Origin: Histomonas meleagridis 2922-C6/04-290x
Taxonomy: Eukaryota > Protista > Parabasalia
Assembly (NCBI GenBank): GCA_020184695.1
Contig: JAANOX010000011.1
Coordinates: 372,001 to 436,000 of the forward strand
Length of the DNA stretch: 64,000 nt
Direction of reading: 5' to 3'
Part shown: positions 8,759 through 20,452 of the stretch, one piece after another
Numbering within the stretch: the stretch's first letter is position 1
Layout of the letters: each line of letters begins with the position of its first letter
Made by a program: the position numbers and the translations under genes
The notes under the pieces: generated by a model
The model's database searches: none
Told to the model about the DNA's origin: nothing
Seen by the model: the letters and a program-made list of their open reading frames with translations, nothing else

Positions 8759-11290
8759 ATGAAATCGGTTTTTTTCATGGTATTGATTTTTTGTTATTTT
8801 AAGAGGTTCACCATGATGAAAAAATATCGCCTTATTTTGGCTTTGCTTACAGTGCAAATAATCTTTTATTTTGATGTCTCCAATCAAGCAGTGATTAAAA
8901 ATTTCGGTTATAGATTACGATTAGATGATGTTAAATCAGAATTTTTATTTATATTTCTACAATTTGAGCCACACACAAAAGGTATAATAGCTAATGCAAA
9001 AGAAAATGATTCATATTCTGATAAAACACGATTACCTTCAACAATCGACAATTTAAACTCAATCTTTGCGACCACTTCGATAAGTTATAATTTGAATCAT
9101 CACATTCCTCTCATTTACAGGTGCTTTAAAAATGAAATATTTTTAAGAATTTTTTCCGCAGTTTCCAAATTTCCAATTATAATTTCATTTATTTTTCTTG
9201 TGATTATATTTAGCTTATACTTAAATAAGTCTAAAATATCATTTTCAATTCAGAATCTTTTATTAAATGAAAGTTTAAAAGTTCCATTTGTTTTTGCATT
9301 ATTTTTTACAAATGCTTTTCAACAATTCATTGATGAAAATTCTACATTGATCATCAATGATTCCAATGATTTTGAAGATTCAAATAAAAATAATGCTTTT
9401 TATGTTATTATTAATGGTGTTGATGAAATTCCAAATGAAGCATTCAGTAATTGCAAAACTATAACTCAAGTTAACATCGGAAATGAAGTTACAAAAATTG
9501 GAAATAAAGCATTTTACTTTTGCTCTGATTTGTCAGTTGTTAACTTTGGTGTAAAGATAAAAACAATCGGAGAAAGTGCATTCTCAAGTACAAATCTCAA
9601 TAACATTACAATTCCAAATTCAGTTGATACAATTGGATACAGAGTGCTTTATGATTGTAACCAATTATTATCAGTTACAATTGGGGAAAATGTACAAACG
9701 ATTGGAGATGACGCCTTTTGTCAATGTGAAAAACTTCAAGTTTTGAATGTTGCAAAAGATAATCCAAGTTTTTCCAATTATGAAAATGATGAAGTTCTTT
9801 ATGATAAAAGCATAACAACTATCATATTTTATCCAACAGGAAAAGCAGATGAAAGTTTTGAAATCCCAAATACAGTTACTACAATTGAAAAATTTGCATT
9901 TTATTATTGTGAAAAATTAAATAATATTATAATTCCTAATTCAGTTTTGTCTATTGGACATAGTGCATTTTATCATTCGAAAATTTCAACTATTACAATG
10001 GGTCAAAACATTAGAACAATTGATGGTTATGCATTTTGTTTATGTTCAAAATTAGACAGTATAATAATTCCAAATTCAGTTACAACGATTGGGAATTATG
10101 CATTTTATAATGCAGGTATTTCATCAGTTATAATTGGAGAAAATTTAACAACAATTGACACAGCTGTGTTTTTTTATTGTAAGAGTTTAAATAATGTAAA
10201 AATTCCTGCCACTGTTACAAAAATTGGATTAAACGCTTTTTCCTATTGTACAAGCCTAAGCTGCATATATTTTTATGGGAAGAATGAGCCAGAAATTGAT
10301 TCTAAGTCTTTTTCTAATATAAAAACAGACACAGTAATGGTATTTGGTGATTACCAAAGTGATAAATTTGGAGAGTTAAGCGTAAGCAGAAGAACGACAG
10401 TTGATGGATGTATTCCAATGCCAACACAAACATTTACAAATTCAAATACGTACACAAGATCCAACACATTTACATCATCAAATACATGCACAATATCTGA
10501 CACGTTTACAAAATCAAATACATACACGAGATCTAATACATACACAAGATCTAATACATACACAAGATCTAATACATACACGAGATCTAATACATACACA
10601 AGATCTAATACATACACAAGATCTAATACATACACAAGATCTAATACATACACAAGATCTAATACATACACAAGATCTAATACATACACAAGATCTAATA
10701 CGATAGAATCAAGTTCATTAATAAAATCGAATCTATTTTCACAAACAAGCAAATTTTCTGTATCAAATCCATTAGCTACAGGGGTGTACAATTATTCACT
10801 TTCAAGTGGCGCATCATATACCATTACATTCACTTTGATTTATTCATTGTCACGTACTCAAACCATCATATTTAATTCGACATATTCAAAGTCATATCTT
10901 ATTTCACTTTTTGGTTCATCATGTGTATATATTCCAACAGATATTGTTTACTATGATTATGTAATTGCTGTATACTCATTTTATCGAAATTATTATACAC
11001 ATTTTTTCACGATTCTATATATAAAAGATATGGAAACTAATGCAAATAAAACCACAACAATAATCATAGCTGTTTGCGTTGCTGTTGCAGTTGTGATAAT
11101 TATTTCATTATTTGCGATACTTTTGGTTCATATTCGAAATAAAAAGCATTCAAATGAATTGCTCCAAGTAAGTAGTAATGAAGAAAATGAAAATGAAAAT
11201 ATGTTTGGTATTGGAATACATATGTCTAATGTTGACGAAGATCCATTTGCTAAAGATTTCAAAGAAGATAATTTAATTAGTCAGATCTAA
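8759..11290 (+). CDS. BspA-like (TpLRR/LRR_5) surface protein with Thr-rich stalk, TM helix and acidic cytoplasmic tail
   Basis: Repeats of the type IPNSVTTIGNYAFY; SNTYTR stalk repeats; TM TIIIAVCVAVAVVIIISLFAILLV; tail DEDPFAKDFKED. True start uncertain (8759 or 8813). Confidence 0.9.
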   Translation: MKSVFFMVLIFCYFKRFTMMKKYRLILALLTVQIIFYFDVSNQAVIKNFGYRLRLDDVKSEFLFIFLQFEPHTKGIIANAKENDSYSDKTRLPSTIDNLNSIFATTSISYNLNHHIPLIYRCFKNEIFLRIFSAVSKFPIIISFIFLVIIFSLYLNKSKISFSIQNLLLNESLKVPFVFALFFTNAFQQFIDENSTLIINDSNDFEDSNKNNAFYVIINGVDEIPNEAFSNCKTITQVNIGNEVTKIGNKAFYFCSDLSVVNFGVKIKTIGESAFSSTNLNNITIPNSVDTIGYRVLYDCNQLLSVTIGENVQTIGDDAFCQCEKLQVLNVAKDNPSFSNYENDEVLYDKSITTIIFYPTGKADESFEIPNTVTTIEKFAFYYCEKLNNIIIPNSVLSIGHSAFYHSKISTITMGQNIRTIDGYAFCLCSKLDSIIIPNSVTTIGNYAFYNAGISSVIIGENLTTIDTAVFFYCKSLNNVKIPATVTKIGLNAFSYCTSLSCIYFYGKNEPEIDSKSFSNIKTDTVMVFGDYQSDKFGELSVSRRTTVDGCIPMPTQTFTNSNTYTRSNTFTSSNTCTISDTFTKSNTYTRSNTYTRSNTYTRSNTYTRSNTYTRSNTYTRSNTYTRSNTYTRSNTYTRSNTYTRSNTIESSSLIKSNLFSQTSKFSVSNPLATGVYNYSLSSGASYTITFTLIYSLSRTQTIIFNSTYSKSYLISLFGSSCVYIPTDIVYYDYVIAVYSFYRNYYTHFFTILYIKDMETNANKTTTIIIAVCVAVAVVIIISLFAILLVHIRNKKHSNELLQVSSNEENENENMFGIGIHMSNVDEDPFAKDFKEDNLISQI
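10514..10702 (+). repeat. Coding minisatellite, 18-nt unit TCTAATACATACACAAGA x10 (SNTYTR)
   Basis: Ten in-frame tandem copies from 10514 to 10693 plus a partial copy. Confidence 0.95.
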
Positions 11291-11381
11291 TTTAATAGAA
11301 CAAAATAGTTCCAAGCGGAAACATAATTTATACTAAATAAATATATAACTTAAATTATCAATTATTATTAAATTAATTTAC

Positions 11382-12077
11382 TTATACTTTACGGCGTGAT
11401 GTGTGAACATAGAGAACAACATGAAGATAATTTGGATCGTCAATATCATAACGAACAGTATTATCACCAGGATGATCAGCATCTGCAGGGTCTAAACTGA
11501 ACTCCTTCATGTCCCTTCTGTTGTTAATTATAATTCCTCTGTCATTATTTGCATGAACTTCAAAACTTGAAGATTCATTTCTGTGAATTGTTCTTGTCTT
11601 CCAGTTATAATAAGACATATCTTCTGGCCTTGGTCTAAGTGGTTTCTTTTTTTGAAAATACATTCGCCAATCTTCGGTTCGAAGTCTATCTGCATAATCA
11701 ATATATCCACTGACTTCTTGACCAGACGAATTAATGCTTCTAATAAAAATAAGTGCTGTTTTCTGCCCATTTCTGACTTCTTCTTCAATTTCTGCAAGTT
11801 TTTCCATCAAAGGTGAAAAAGATAAATCACACCCTAGATGTGCCATTGGAATTTGTGCACTACGTTTGGCGTTTTTAAGGTCATCCAACTCAGCTTTCTT
11901 TTGTTCAAATTTTTTTCGATCCATAACTTCTGATCCTCCTGCACATCCAAGTTCAAATAATCTACGAGCAACATCACGGTTTCCTAAATAATACAGATGC
12001 TCTTGTGAAATTTTTGAATCTAAATAATCTTCATATGTTTCAAAATGTGAGACAATTTCATGCTCTGGAGTTGTCAT
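11382..12077 (-). CDS. CFAP299: Cilia- and flagella-associated protein 299 (DUF4464)
   Basis: FETYEDYLDSKISQEHLYYLGNRDVARRLFELG..SGYIDYADRL..LRPRPEDMSYYNW matches the CFAP299/C4orf22 family as I recall it. Confidence 0.85.
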   Translation of the reverse strand: MTTPEHEIVSHFETYEDYLDSKISQEHLYYLGNRDVARRLFELGCAGGSEVMDRKKFEQKKAELDDLKNAKRSAQIPMAHLGCDLSFSPLMEKLAEIEEEVRNGQKTALIFIRSINSSGQEVSGYIDYADRLRTEDWRMYFQKKKPLRPRPEDMSYYNWKTRTIHRNESSSFEVHANNDRGIIINNRRDMKEFSLDPADADHPGDNTVRYDIDDPNYLHVVLYVHTSRRKV

Positions 12078-12441
12078 GATGAATTAACGTATATAAAAGT
12101 GGCATTCAAGAAGCCGTTTTCTGGGATATAAATAATTTAAAACAGTACTTATAGCTGCTTCAAAATTTTGAAATTAATTTATACATCTAATAATTAACAT
12201 ATTGGAATTGTCAAATTACTTCTTGAACTGAAGGAATGATCATGATTTCAATGCAAAACATTTTGAATTTTTTCCATTTTGTTTTAACAAATTATTATCA
12301 TCTTCATCCAAGCTATAATATGTTTTTTTTTGATAAAGATTTATCATTAAACACATTGAATTGTTAAAAAATTCATAAATCCATTATTTTTAGTATCAAA
12401 ATAATAGTTCATGTTTATATTAATAATAAATCATCAGGAAA

Positions 12442-12514
12442 GTACCACTGGCCCAATGGATAAGGCGTGTGCCTACGGAGCATGAGATTCCAGGTTCGAG
12501 TCCTGGGTGGTACA
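12442..12514 (+). tRNA. tRNA-Arg (anticodon ACG)
   Basis: Acceptor stem GTACCAC/GTGGTAC, D-loop TGGCCCAATGGATAAGGC, anticodon loop CT-ACG-GA, T-arm CCAGG-TTCGAGT-CCTGG, then a T-run Pol III terminator. Confidence 0.95.
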
Positions 12515-13758
12515 TTTTTTTAATCTTTTGCAAAAACTTTTCCAAAACAATTTTTGATGGAAAACGCAGTTCTCAGAACGGCATGATCAAAAATTCAGAT
12601 AAAAATCATAATGAATGAGAAGACATAAAGAGTATTATTTTTGTTTGAGACCAATGAAATATTTTTCAATCAGCAAATGCGATATAAACAATATTTTATG
12701 AAAATTATCATTCAATAAGATGGTTATATAAATATAAAATATTTGATGTATTTACAAATTTTATAATTAAAAAGCAGCACTAAAAATCAAATTATCTTCT
12801 TGAGATAATGGCTGAACATAATTTTATTGAATCAAAAATTATAAACATGTATTTATATTTAAACTTTTTCTTTATACTTTATTCATTTGTCAGAAAAATG
12901 TCCAATTTTTGTGGGGGTGAAATCAAAGAAATCCTTAAAAAGAATCATTGGTATGCTGTTAACAGCTCATTAACACCCTTAAAAAATGATTGGGAACTTC
13001 ATAATACATAAATGATTTACTTCAGAAAAAAGTATGTAAAAAAAAATAAAATTTGTTTAGAAAAATATACTCTAAGTATAAATATTTAATGTATACAATA
13101 GTATAAATTCTGGCGATATTTTTTTCTTACAAAAACATATTTTTTTAAACAAAAATTAACTTTTAACTGTTTGCAATAGCATTCATTTTTTTTTCTATTT
13201 TATATATAATTTATTTATATAGTTCTGTAGTACTAAAAAATATTAATCATTATTCAATTTTTTGCTGTTTATATTTGCAAATATATATTTAGAAGATTTA
13301 AATCTTCTTCTTTTTTTTTTGGAATGTATTTTTCTCTAATTAAATAAAAAGAGGAAATAAAATAAAAAATTGATATTATTACTGATATCACAAATGAAGT
13401 TATTAAATCTCACTTCCACCTGCGTTAAAAAGAGATATATTAATTTGAAGCAAATTTTTTTTAAAATATGGCTCATATGAATACAGCGAATAAGGATAAA
13501 CATCATTTAAAATGAATCGCTACCAAATTTGTTTTAACAATTGCTCTATTCCGTAAGAGAGCAAGTCAGATCCAACGTTAACCAGCCCCTAAATTTACGG
13601 TTTTATAAACGATTCAAAAGGTTAAGATCAGAGCCTCTAACTGTCATTTTTTCAATTGTTTACATTAATTTTCAACGTATCGCATTTATTGACCATGCAA
13701 TTTCAAAAGCTTACTCAAAAAAAACCGACAATTTTTTTAGCTCAACACCAAAAGCTAG

Positions 13759-14421
13759 ATGTTCTCTTTCCTATCTTCATTTTTCGATAAAGAAGAAGTG
13801 AAAGAAAACGAGAACACAAAGGAAGAGCCAACAGCATATGGCACTGATATTCATGCATTACCTGTTAACGATAACGCTATTCCTGTTTTCCTTACTTTGA
13901 TATGTAATGAAATAATAAAACAAGCTAATGTTGTTGGCTTATTTAGAGTATGTGGAGATCATATGATAGTTCAAGAATTAGGGAAAGCTGCATTATCATA
14001 TTACTTTTGGGTTCCTCAATGTTCAGTTCATGACCTTACTTCTATGTTAAAACAATGGCTTAGAATGCTCCCAACACCAATTTTAACTCCATCTGTTGTT
14101 AATAAGTGTTACAAAAATGATAAAGAATCATGTCTGGAAATTTTAAGAGAATTAGATCCACTTAACAGAAAGTGTATTGCAACAATATTGGCTACCATAC
14201 AAATTGTAATAGATCAATCGGAAACAAATCAAATGACATTCAGTAATATTTCTATTTGTTTTGTTCCATCATTCCTTCAAAACGGAAAAGACATTGAAGT
14301 TACATTTGATTTTCAGTTGTTCTTTGATACCTGTATTGAATATATGAATGCAGATGGAAATGACATTGATATAAAAAGATTATACCCACCCAGGGAGTCA
14401 AAATTAATCAAATTTTCGTAA
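13759..14421 (+). CDS. RhoGAP domain protein
   Basis: IPVFLTLIC..VVGLFRVCG (arginine finger)..HDLTSMLKQWLRMLPTPIL..NQMTFSNISICFVPS. Confidence 0.9.
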   Translation: MFSFLSSFFDKEEVKENENTKEEPTAYGTDIHALPVNDNAIPVFLTLICNEIIKQANVVGLFRVCGDHMIVQELGKAALSYYFWVPQCSVHDLTSMLKQWLRMLPTPILTPSVVNKCYKNDKESCLEILRELDPLNRKCIATILATIQIVIDQSETNQMTFSNISICFVPSFLQNGKDIEVTFDFQLFFDTCIEYMNADGNDIDIKRLYPPRESKLIKFS

Positions 14422-14569
14422 TATTTCTAGTGCTATATTATAAATTATTAAAATAAACAATGTTTTTCTTTCAACATTTTGATCATTTTTTAATGAAAAT
14501 AAAAAATAAATTTTAGTTTTTTATTTAAGAATATTTAATATATTTAATATTAAAAATTAATTATCGAAA

Positions 14570-14641
14570 GGGTGATTGGTCTAGTGGAATGATTCTCGCT
14601 TTGGGTGCGAGAGGTCTCGGGTTCGATTCCCGAATCGCCCC
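14570..14641 (+). tRNA. tRNA-Pro (anticodon TGG)
   Basis: Acceptor GGGTGAT/ATCGCCC, anticodon arm CTCGC-TT-TGG-GT-GCGAG, T-arm TCGGG-TTCGATT-CCCGA, downstream T-run. Confidence 0.95.
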
Positions 14642-15102
14642 TTAGTTTTTTCTTTTTTCCCGAATGTTTTCATTTTAACAATAAACAAGTATCGCCTAAG
14701 TACAACCGTACTTGAATTTGTTTTTAAGAATTTAAAGATGTAGCAAAACGAAGACAATAATAATTATTTCATGAAACTTTATATGAAAGATATTCTCTTT
14801 AATAAATTTGTATAATTCCATAATCATAATATTATAATATAACTTGTTATATTTAATAATTATTTAAAATATAAAATATTATTAATTAAATATTAGTATC
14901 TGATATGATCAAACTCCGCTGATTTCCCATACAAACATATACAATTCACATGCCGATCAAATTACATTGAAGGATATCGTATGAGTAAAGTTCACAATCG
15001 AGTAACGAACCGAAAACTTATTTATTGTATGTAGAAACAAATAAAAAATTAAATTCATTAAAAGAATACAAAGTTCATTCATTTGTGTGTAATAGATTTT
15101 GT

Positions 15103-17412
15103 TTATTTTTCATTTTCAAGAAAACTGAAACCATCGTCCGCGTTATTATCATTTTGATACGACATATTTCTTCTATGGACAATTTTTTCCTCGAGCTCCT
15201 CAACGATTGGCTGTGTCAAATCCATTATTTCTTCTTCCTCATCCTCTTCTTCGTTCGAATCCTTCTTATCGTCGCTATCGTCGCCGTTTTTATCGTTGTT
15301 CTTCAATTTCTCCATCGTCGAGGCCAAACTTTCCTGCAGCTTCTCCATCACGATTTCGCTCAGACCCAATTGTTTCATTATGAAGTATCCAAAGACAAAC
15401 AAAATCGTAAAAAACAAAATGAACGGGTTAGATAAAAACTTAAGGATCTTATCCCATCCCAAAAATAACAATAAAAACCATCCCCACAATGGGATTTGTT
15501 GTTGTGACTTTTGCGCTTTGATCGTTTCTTGCGCATTGATATAACTATGGGATATCGTCTGATCAAATTCTTCTGTGATTTCACTAACTTCATCACTTTG
15601 GATTAAGATTCGACTTAAATGATCAATGCCTTCGATGGGCTCTGAGTTTGGATCTCTCAGATGTGACATAGTGAAGAGTCGGAGAACTTGAATCCCACGA
15701 CTTCGCGCTTCTTGGAATATTTCGTTGATGTCGTCGTTTAAGGTCCATACGCGTGGGCGCCCCTTTTCGTCAAAGTTGAATTTGACATCAAACGCTGCCT
15801 TCATTTTGAGTTTTACGTATTTGGCAGAATCAGTGACTAAATGAATGGCGCGATCTTCAAACAAACGTCGAATGTTTGGGTCGGGCTTCTCATTGGGAAC
15901 ATTTGTACTAAGGATTTCGGTGATTTTGTCGGTTGCTGAGATTATTGATGAATTTAATAATGAGCGAAGACGTGACCACATATCATCAGGAGCTTCTTTG
16001 AGGATTTCATTGGCTTCTTCATCAAAACTATGAAGGGTTGAAGAACAAACAGAATCATGTAAACCTTGGATGAGAACAACTTGAAGAGTTGTTTCGATTT
16101 TGGAGAAATTGCGTGTAATGGTAGAAAGGTCATAAGTCCATTGGAAGGGGGAAACTATGTATGTTTTGGTTAATTCGATAAAACGATTTTTGATATCTTC
16201 TTCTTTGTTCTTAACATCTTCTTTCCAATGAGATCCTGGCTTCAGTTCATCACCATATGATGCAAGGAACTCATTAAATTCTTTGATGAATGTAATTTCG
16301 TTATGAGAACAATTAAGGCAAAATAATGGATATAAGAAATTATCAATACTTTGCTTAAGAAGTTCTTGTTTCTCTTCTACGACTTCAGGAATATATCTCC
16401 AAGTTCCTGATTTGTATTTTTCAAATGCTTTGTCAACCGATATCTGGCAGACTGCCTTGAAATTGTCTATCGGCTTTTTACCCTTTTTGACTGCTTTTAC
16501 AATCGTATCGTCGAGTTCATCTGTGAGTTCTTGCATTATCTCCTTAACGGTCTCCTCGCATTTGAAGTGTGAAAGCATAGCTCTTTGTGAAGGAACATTT
16601 AATTCTTTATTGTTATGAATAACATCCCAAAGTGAGCGAATGTAATGAGAAAGGCCATCTCCAGGAACAATTTTTCCGGTTTGAATATTAAAAAGATAAT
16701 TTGGATTGGATTCAGTAACAAACCATTCTTTAAGAGTTTGGATATCTTGATCAAAAAGGGGTCTTTGGTAATAAAAATGATGTACTGGGAAATAAGCAAA
16801 ATCAAAGAAATCATCTAATTTCTTTCCTTCAAGTTCTTCTGGAATTTGAATATCTTTCCATATATCTTCCATAAGATTAAGGAGGTTATCTTTGATTTTA
16901 TCAAAAGATTGAGCTGTGAAATCTCGAATAAGAAATAGGATTTTTGTCTTTGTTTGTTGTTGAGCTAAAAATAATTGAAGGTTGACTTCAAAAACAACCT
17001 TTAAAAGAGGAATATTACTAGCTTGATAACGTCCAATATCAGTTTCCCACATGTTAATAATTAAAACTTCAGAAAGGGCAAGAGCGAAAAGGGCTGCTTT
17101 TCTTTCAAAAGGTGCATCAGCGTCACCTCTTTCTCTTGAATCACAACCTTCGACATCGAAAACGATAATAGAAGAGTCGACGCAACTTGAAGCATGAATT
17201 CCTTTTGTTGTTTGTTGACGTCCAAAATCTGAGTTCATTGTCTTAAAAGTCGTTCCGAAAAGGTGATTTAAAATTGTTGATTTACCAGATGATTGAGGAC
17301 CAATAATTGATATTGTATGATAATCGACACCTGCCTTAGCGATCCCAATTTTTTCTATATGTTGTTCGAGATTATCGACTAGTTGCCCTTCTTCTGTGAT
17401 TATTTGTTCCAT
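15103..17412 (-). CDS. SEY1: Sey1/RHD3 atlastin-type ER fusion GTPase
   Basis: GPQSSGKSTILNHLFGT, RQQTTKG, DVEGCDSRERG, LALSEVLIINMW; C-terminal TM hairpin IPLWGWFLLLFLGWDKI. Confidence 0.95.
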   Translation of the reverse strand: MEQIITEEGQLVDNLEQHIEKIGIAKAGVDYHTISIIGPQSSGKSTILNHLFGTTFKTMNSDFGRQQTTKGIHASSCVDSSIIVFDVEGCDSRERGDADAPFERKAALFALALSEVLIINMWETDIGRYQASNIPLLKVVFEVNLQLFLAQQQTKTKILFLIRDFTAQSFDKIKDNLLNLMEDIWKDIQIPEELEGKKLDDFFDFAYFPVHHFYYQRPLFDQDIQTLKEWFVTESNPNYLFNIQTGKIVPGDGLSHYIRSLWDVIHNNKELNVPSQRAMLSHFKCEETVKEIMQELTDELDDTIVKAVKKGKKPIDNFKAVCQISVDKAFEKYKSGTWRYIPEVVEEKQELLKQSIDNFLYPLFCLNCSHNEITFIKEFNEFLASYGDELKPGSHWKEDVKNKEEDIKNRFIELTKTYIVSPFQWTYDLSTITRNFSKIETTLQVVLIQGLHDSVCSSTLHSFDEEANEILKEAPDDMWSRLRSLLNSSIISATDKITEILSTNVPNEKPDPNIRRLFEDRAIHLVTDSAKYVKLKMKAAFDVKFNFDEKGRPRVWTLNDDINEIFQEARSRGIQVLRLFTMSHLRDPNSEPIEGIDHLSRILIQSDEVSEITEEFDQTISHSYINAQETIKAQKSQQQIPLWGWFLLLFLGWDKILKFLSNPFILFFTILFVFGYFIMKQLGLSEIVMEKLQESLASTMEKLKNNDKNGDDSDDKKDSNEEEDEEEEIMDLTQPIVEELEEKIVHRRNMSYQNDNNADDGFSFLENEK

Positions 17413-17527
17413 TACTGAGCCTGACCGAATTAAGTATCAAAAAGTTGACTAACGATAAAAAACAATGGATTTGAATGGTTTACGCACGAAGAGAATTTTT
17501 TAAAAGACAAAAATTTACGTTTATTTT

Positions 17528-19549
17528 TTAATGCCTAATATCAAACAATGCTCTTTTAATGTAACTATCATCGAAATTCTCAGGTACGAAATATTCAGGA
17601 GCAATTTCAAAAAGCCATCTAGGATCTATTGAAGAAACGGTCATTAAGAAGTCTGCTTTTGTAAACATATAAGTTGCATATGTTATCCATTTCGGATTTG
17701 AATTTTGTAATGTACTTGAAACATGAATTGTTGCTTCTCTTTGAGTAAACAAGAATATGTATTGACTATTAGATTGATTAAACATTGCTATTTGCATAAA
17801 TGTCCCTTCTAATAATGCTCGTAAGATTATTTGTTCTCGTTGATGTTCATTTTCCAAGTGATTAACTTGAAATCCCATCTTCTTTAATGATCCTAATATC
17901 TGCAATTCATTTTTTAAAACTTTCTCTAAAAATCGAGGGTTAATATAATTCCTTGTACACCAACCTAAACGTTTTTCGCGGGGCACCCTAAGGTATCGTT
18001 GGAAAACGTTTAGCTGTGTGATGTGATCTCCAGACTTTGCTGTGAATTTTGCATGAGCTGAATCCGCTTGTGCTGCTTCTTTCGTTGGCCTGAAAAAAAG
18101 CCTTCCTTGTTCGGACATCAACGAAACTAATATTGCAATTTCTTCTGCACATCCATGCTTTGAAGCGCAAACAAGAGCCTTAGCTAACCTTGGCTCGACT
18201 GGCAAAATTGCGGCTTTCATTCCAACGTCAGTTAGTTCACCTTCCAAGGTAATAATGCCCAAGAAGTATAACTCCTCAACTGCGGATAACATATGTTTTT
18301 TATGTGGCGGATCTAAGAAAGGGAAATTTACAATATCCCTAATTCCGGTTGCTAACATGGTTAAAATGACTTGTGATAAATCAGATCGCTGAATTTCGGG
18401 TATGGTTTGTGGTTTTAAATTGGTATGAAATGCTGCTTCTGTAAATAATCTGTAACATTTGCCTGGCCTTGTTCGACCAGCTCGACCAGCGCGTTGGTTT
18501 GCGGCTGCTTGTGATATGGGCGTGATAACTAAACGCGTCATATGCCTATCAGGGTCATATTGGTTTTGTTTTACATAGCCCGGATCGACCACGTAAACGA
18601 CGCCATCGATTGTTACAGAAGTTTCTGCGATGTTTGTCGAAACAATGATTTTTCGAGTGTTTTCGGGTGTCTTTTCGAAGACTTTCATTTGTTCTTCTTG
18701 TGGTAGTGATGCATATAATGGTAATACTAATGCTTTCATGATCGAGGAATCTGCACGTGCTTGATGCGAACTGATTAGATCGCGAATTCGTGAGCAGCTT
18801 AATTCGATTTCTTCTTCACCGGTCATAAATAATAATATATCGCCCGGCTTCTCTGTTTGATGAATTGTTACAACACGTGAGATGGCAGTATCGGTATAGC
18901 TTCCTACAGCTTCATCAAGATAAATGATTTCAACAGGAAATGTACGACCAGGGATTTCTAAATGGGGTGCACCACTAAAAAATTCTATAAATTTGGTGGC
19001 TTCTAAAGTGGCCGACATAATGACTATGTGTAAGTCATCACGGAATTCTATGAGTTGTCTTAATAAACCAATTATTATATCTGTATTAATTGTTCGTTCG
19101 TGTGCTTCATCTATAATTATTATGCTGTACCGAGATACTTTAGGATCTTCAACAAAATCTCGCATTAATAAACCATCTGTCATATAAACTAATTTGGTTG
19201 ATTGACTAAGTTTGGAGCGAAAACGCACACGATATCCTACGGTCTCACCGACTTCTTCATCTAGCTCTTGAGAAACACGGCGTGAAACATTAATGGCGGC
19301 TACACGACGTGGCTGTGTACATAATATTTGGAGATCGCCTGCAAGATTGGCTTCTAAAAGAAACTGTGGAATTTGTGTTGTTTTGCCAGAGCCTGTTTGC
19401 CCTTCAATGATGGTAACTTTATTATTTTTAATTGTATCAATAATTTGTTGTTTATATTGATAAACAGGAAGGCATTCGCGCTCGCGCTTAATTTCGTAGT
19501 AAAGACTTGTATAAGGCCTATTGGTTCTTGGATTAATTTCTTGTTGCAT
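17528..19549 (-). CDS. PRP43: DEAH-box RNA helicase, Prp43/DHX15-like
   Basis: GQTGSGKTTQIPQ, TQPRRVAA, DEAH, SAT, STNIAETSVT and QRAGRAGR motifs; N-terminal INPRTNRPYT..LPV typical of Prp43. Confidence 0.85.
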   Translation of the reverse strand: MQQEINPRTNRPYTSLYYEIKRERECLPVYQYKQQIIDTIKNNKVTIIEGQTGSGKTTQIPQFLLEANLAGDLQILCTQPRRVAAINVSRRVSQELDEEVGETVGYRVRFRSKLSQSTKLVYMTDGLLMRDFVEDPKVSRYSIIIIDEAHERTINTDIIIGLLRQLIEFRDDLHIVIMSATLEATKFIEFFSGAPHLEIPGRTFPVEIIYLDEAVGSYTDTAISRVVTIHQTEKPGDILLFMTGEEEIELSCSRIRDLISSHQARADSSIMKALVLPLYASLPQEEQMKVFEKTPENTRKIIVSTNIAETSVTIDGVVYVVDPGYVKQNQYDPDRHMTRLVITPISQAAANQRAGRAGRTRPGKCYRLFTEAAFHTNLKPQTIPEIQRSDLSQVILTMLATGIRDIVNFPFLDPPHKKHMLSAVEELYFLGIITLEGELTDVGMKAAILPVEPRLAKALVCASKHGCAEEIAILVSLMSEQGRLFFRPTKEAAQADSAHAKFTAKSGDHITQLNVFQRYLRVPREKRLGWCTRNYINPRFLEKVLKNELQILGSLKKMGFQVNHLENEHQREQIILRALLEGTFMQIAMFNQSNSQYIFLFTQREATIHVSSTLQNSNPKWITYATYMFTKADFLMTVSSIDPRWLFEIAPEYFVPENFDDSYIKRALFDIRH

Positions 19550-19861
19550 TGAGTTGGAAGCCTGCGCTTTGATGCGACCGTTTATTTCTCATATCGAAGA
19601 TTACGTGTAACATTTTAGTAAGGTTCCAAATATTATAGACATAAAGTTTCAAAAGATATATCTTTAAAGAGCTTAAGTAGTTGTACCACATGAATTTTTG
19701 AGATTCAAATTTAAGTAAAAATCAATTTTAAAAGTCATAACTATTTTATGTTAAAATTATTTATTTGCAGTATTGGGAAATTTGAAGATATTTTTACCAG
19801 AAAACGCCTTTGCTTTGTTCCAAATGAAGCTTTTATTGATGATTGAATAACAGTTATTATT

Positions 19862-19868
19862 AACGGTG
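19862..19868 (+). promoter_or_regulatory. M3-like element AACGGTG
   Basis: 17 nt upstream of the Rab ATG at 19886. Confidence 0.5.
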
Positions 19869-19885
19869 GAAGTTGTTAGGAATTA

Positions 19886-20452
19886 ATGACAGAAAACGAA
19901 TTCAAAATTGTTCTTGTGGGTTCAGCTCATACCGGAAAATCTTCTATTATACAACGCTTTGTAAATGGGCAATTTAATCCAAGCTCACGGTCAACAGTTC
20001 AAGCTGGATTTTTTAAAAAGGTTATCAAAATCGAAGAAACTGAGCTTTCTCTCGAAATATGGGACACGGCTGGACAAGAACGGTTTCATTCATTGACGCC
20101 AATGTATTATAGAGATGCAATTGCAACAATAATTGTATTTGATGTAACAGATGCAAACAGTTTTGCAAAAGCAAAACAATGGGTAAATGAGCTTAGACAA
20201 GCGCAGCAACCCAATGTTATATATGTTCTTGTTGGAAACAAATGTGATTTGAAGTCAATTAGAGTTGTCTCACAAACAGATGCCTCAGATTACGGTGAAT
20301 CTGTTAGAATTCCTTATCTTGAGGTCAGTGCTAAAACTGGATATAATATCAATAATATTTTTGAAGAAATAGGCGTCCAATTAATTGATATCAAAAGCCA
20401 AACTAGCCAACTCAATCTTTCTGTTGAAAGGAACAAACAAAAATGTTGTTGA
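19886..20452 (+). CDS. Rab GTPase (Rab5/Rab21-like)
   Basis: GSAHTGKS, WDTAGQERFHSLTPMYYR, NKCD, SAK, C-terminal CC. Confidence 0.95.
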   Translation: MTENEFKIVLVGSAHTGKSSIIQRFVNGQFNPSSRSTVQAGFFKKVIKIEETELSLEIWDTAGQERFHSLTPMYYRDAIATIIVFDVTDANSFAKAKQWVNELRQAQQPNVIYVLVGNKCDLKSIRVVSQTDASDYGESVRIPYLEVSAKTGYNINNIFEEIGVQLIDIKSQTSQLNLSVERNKQKCC

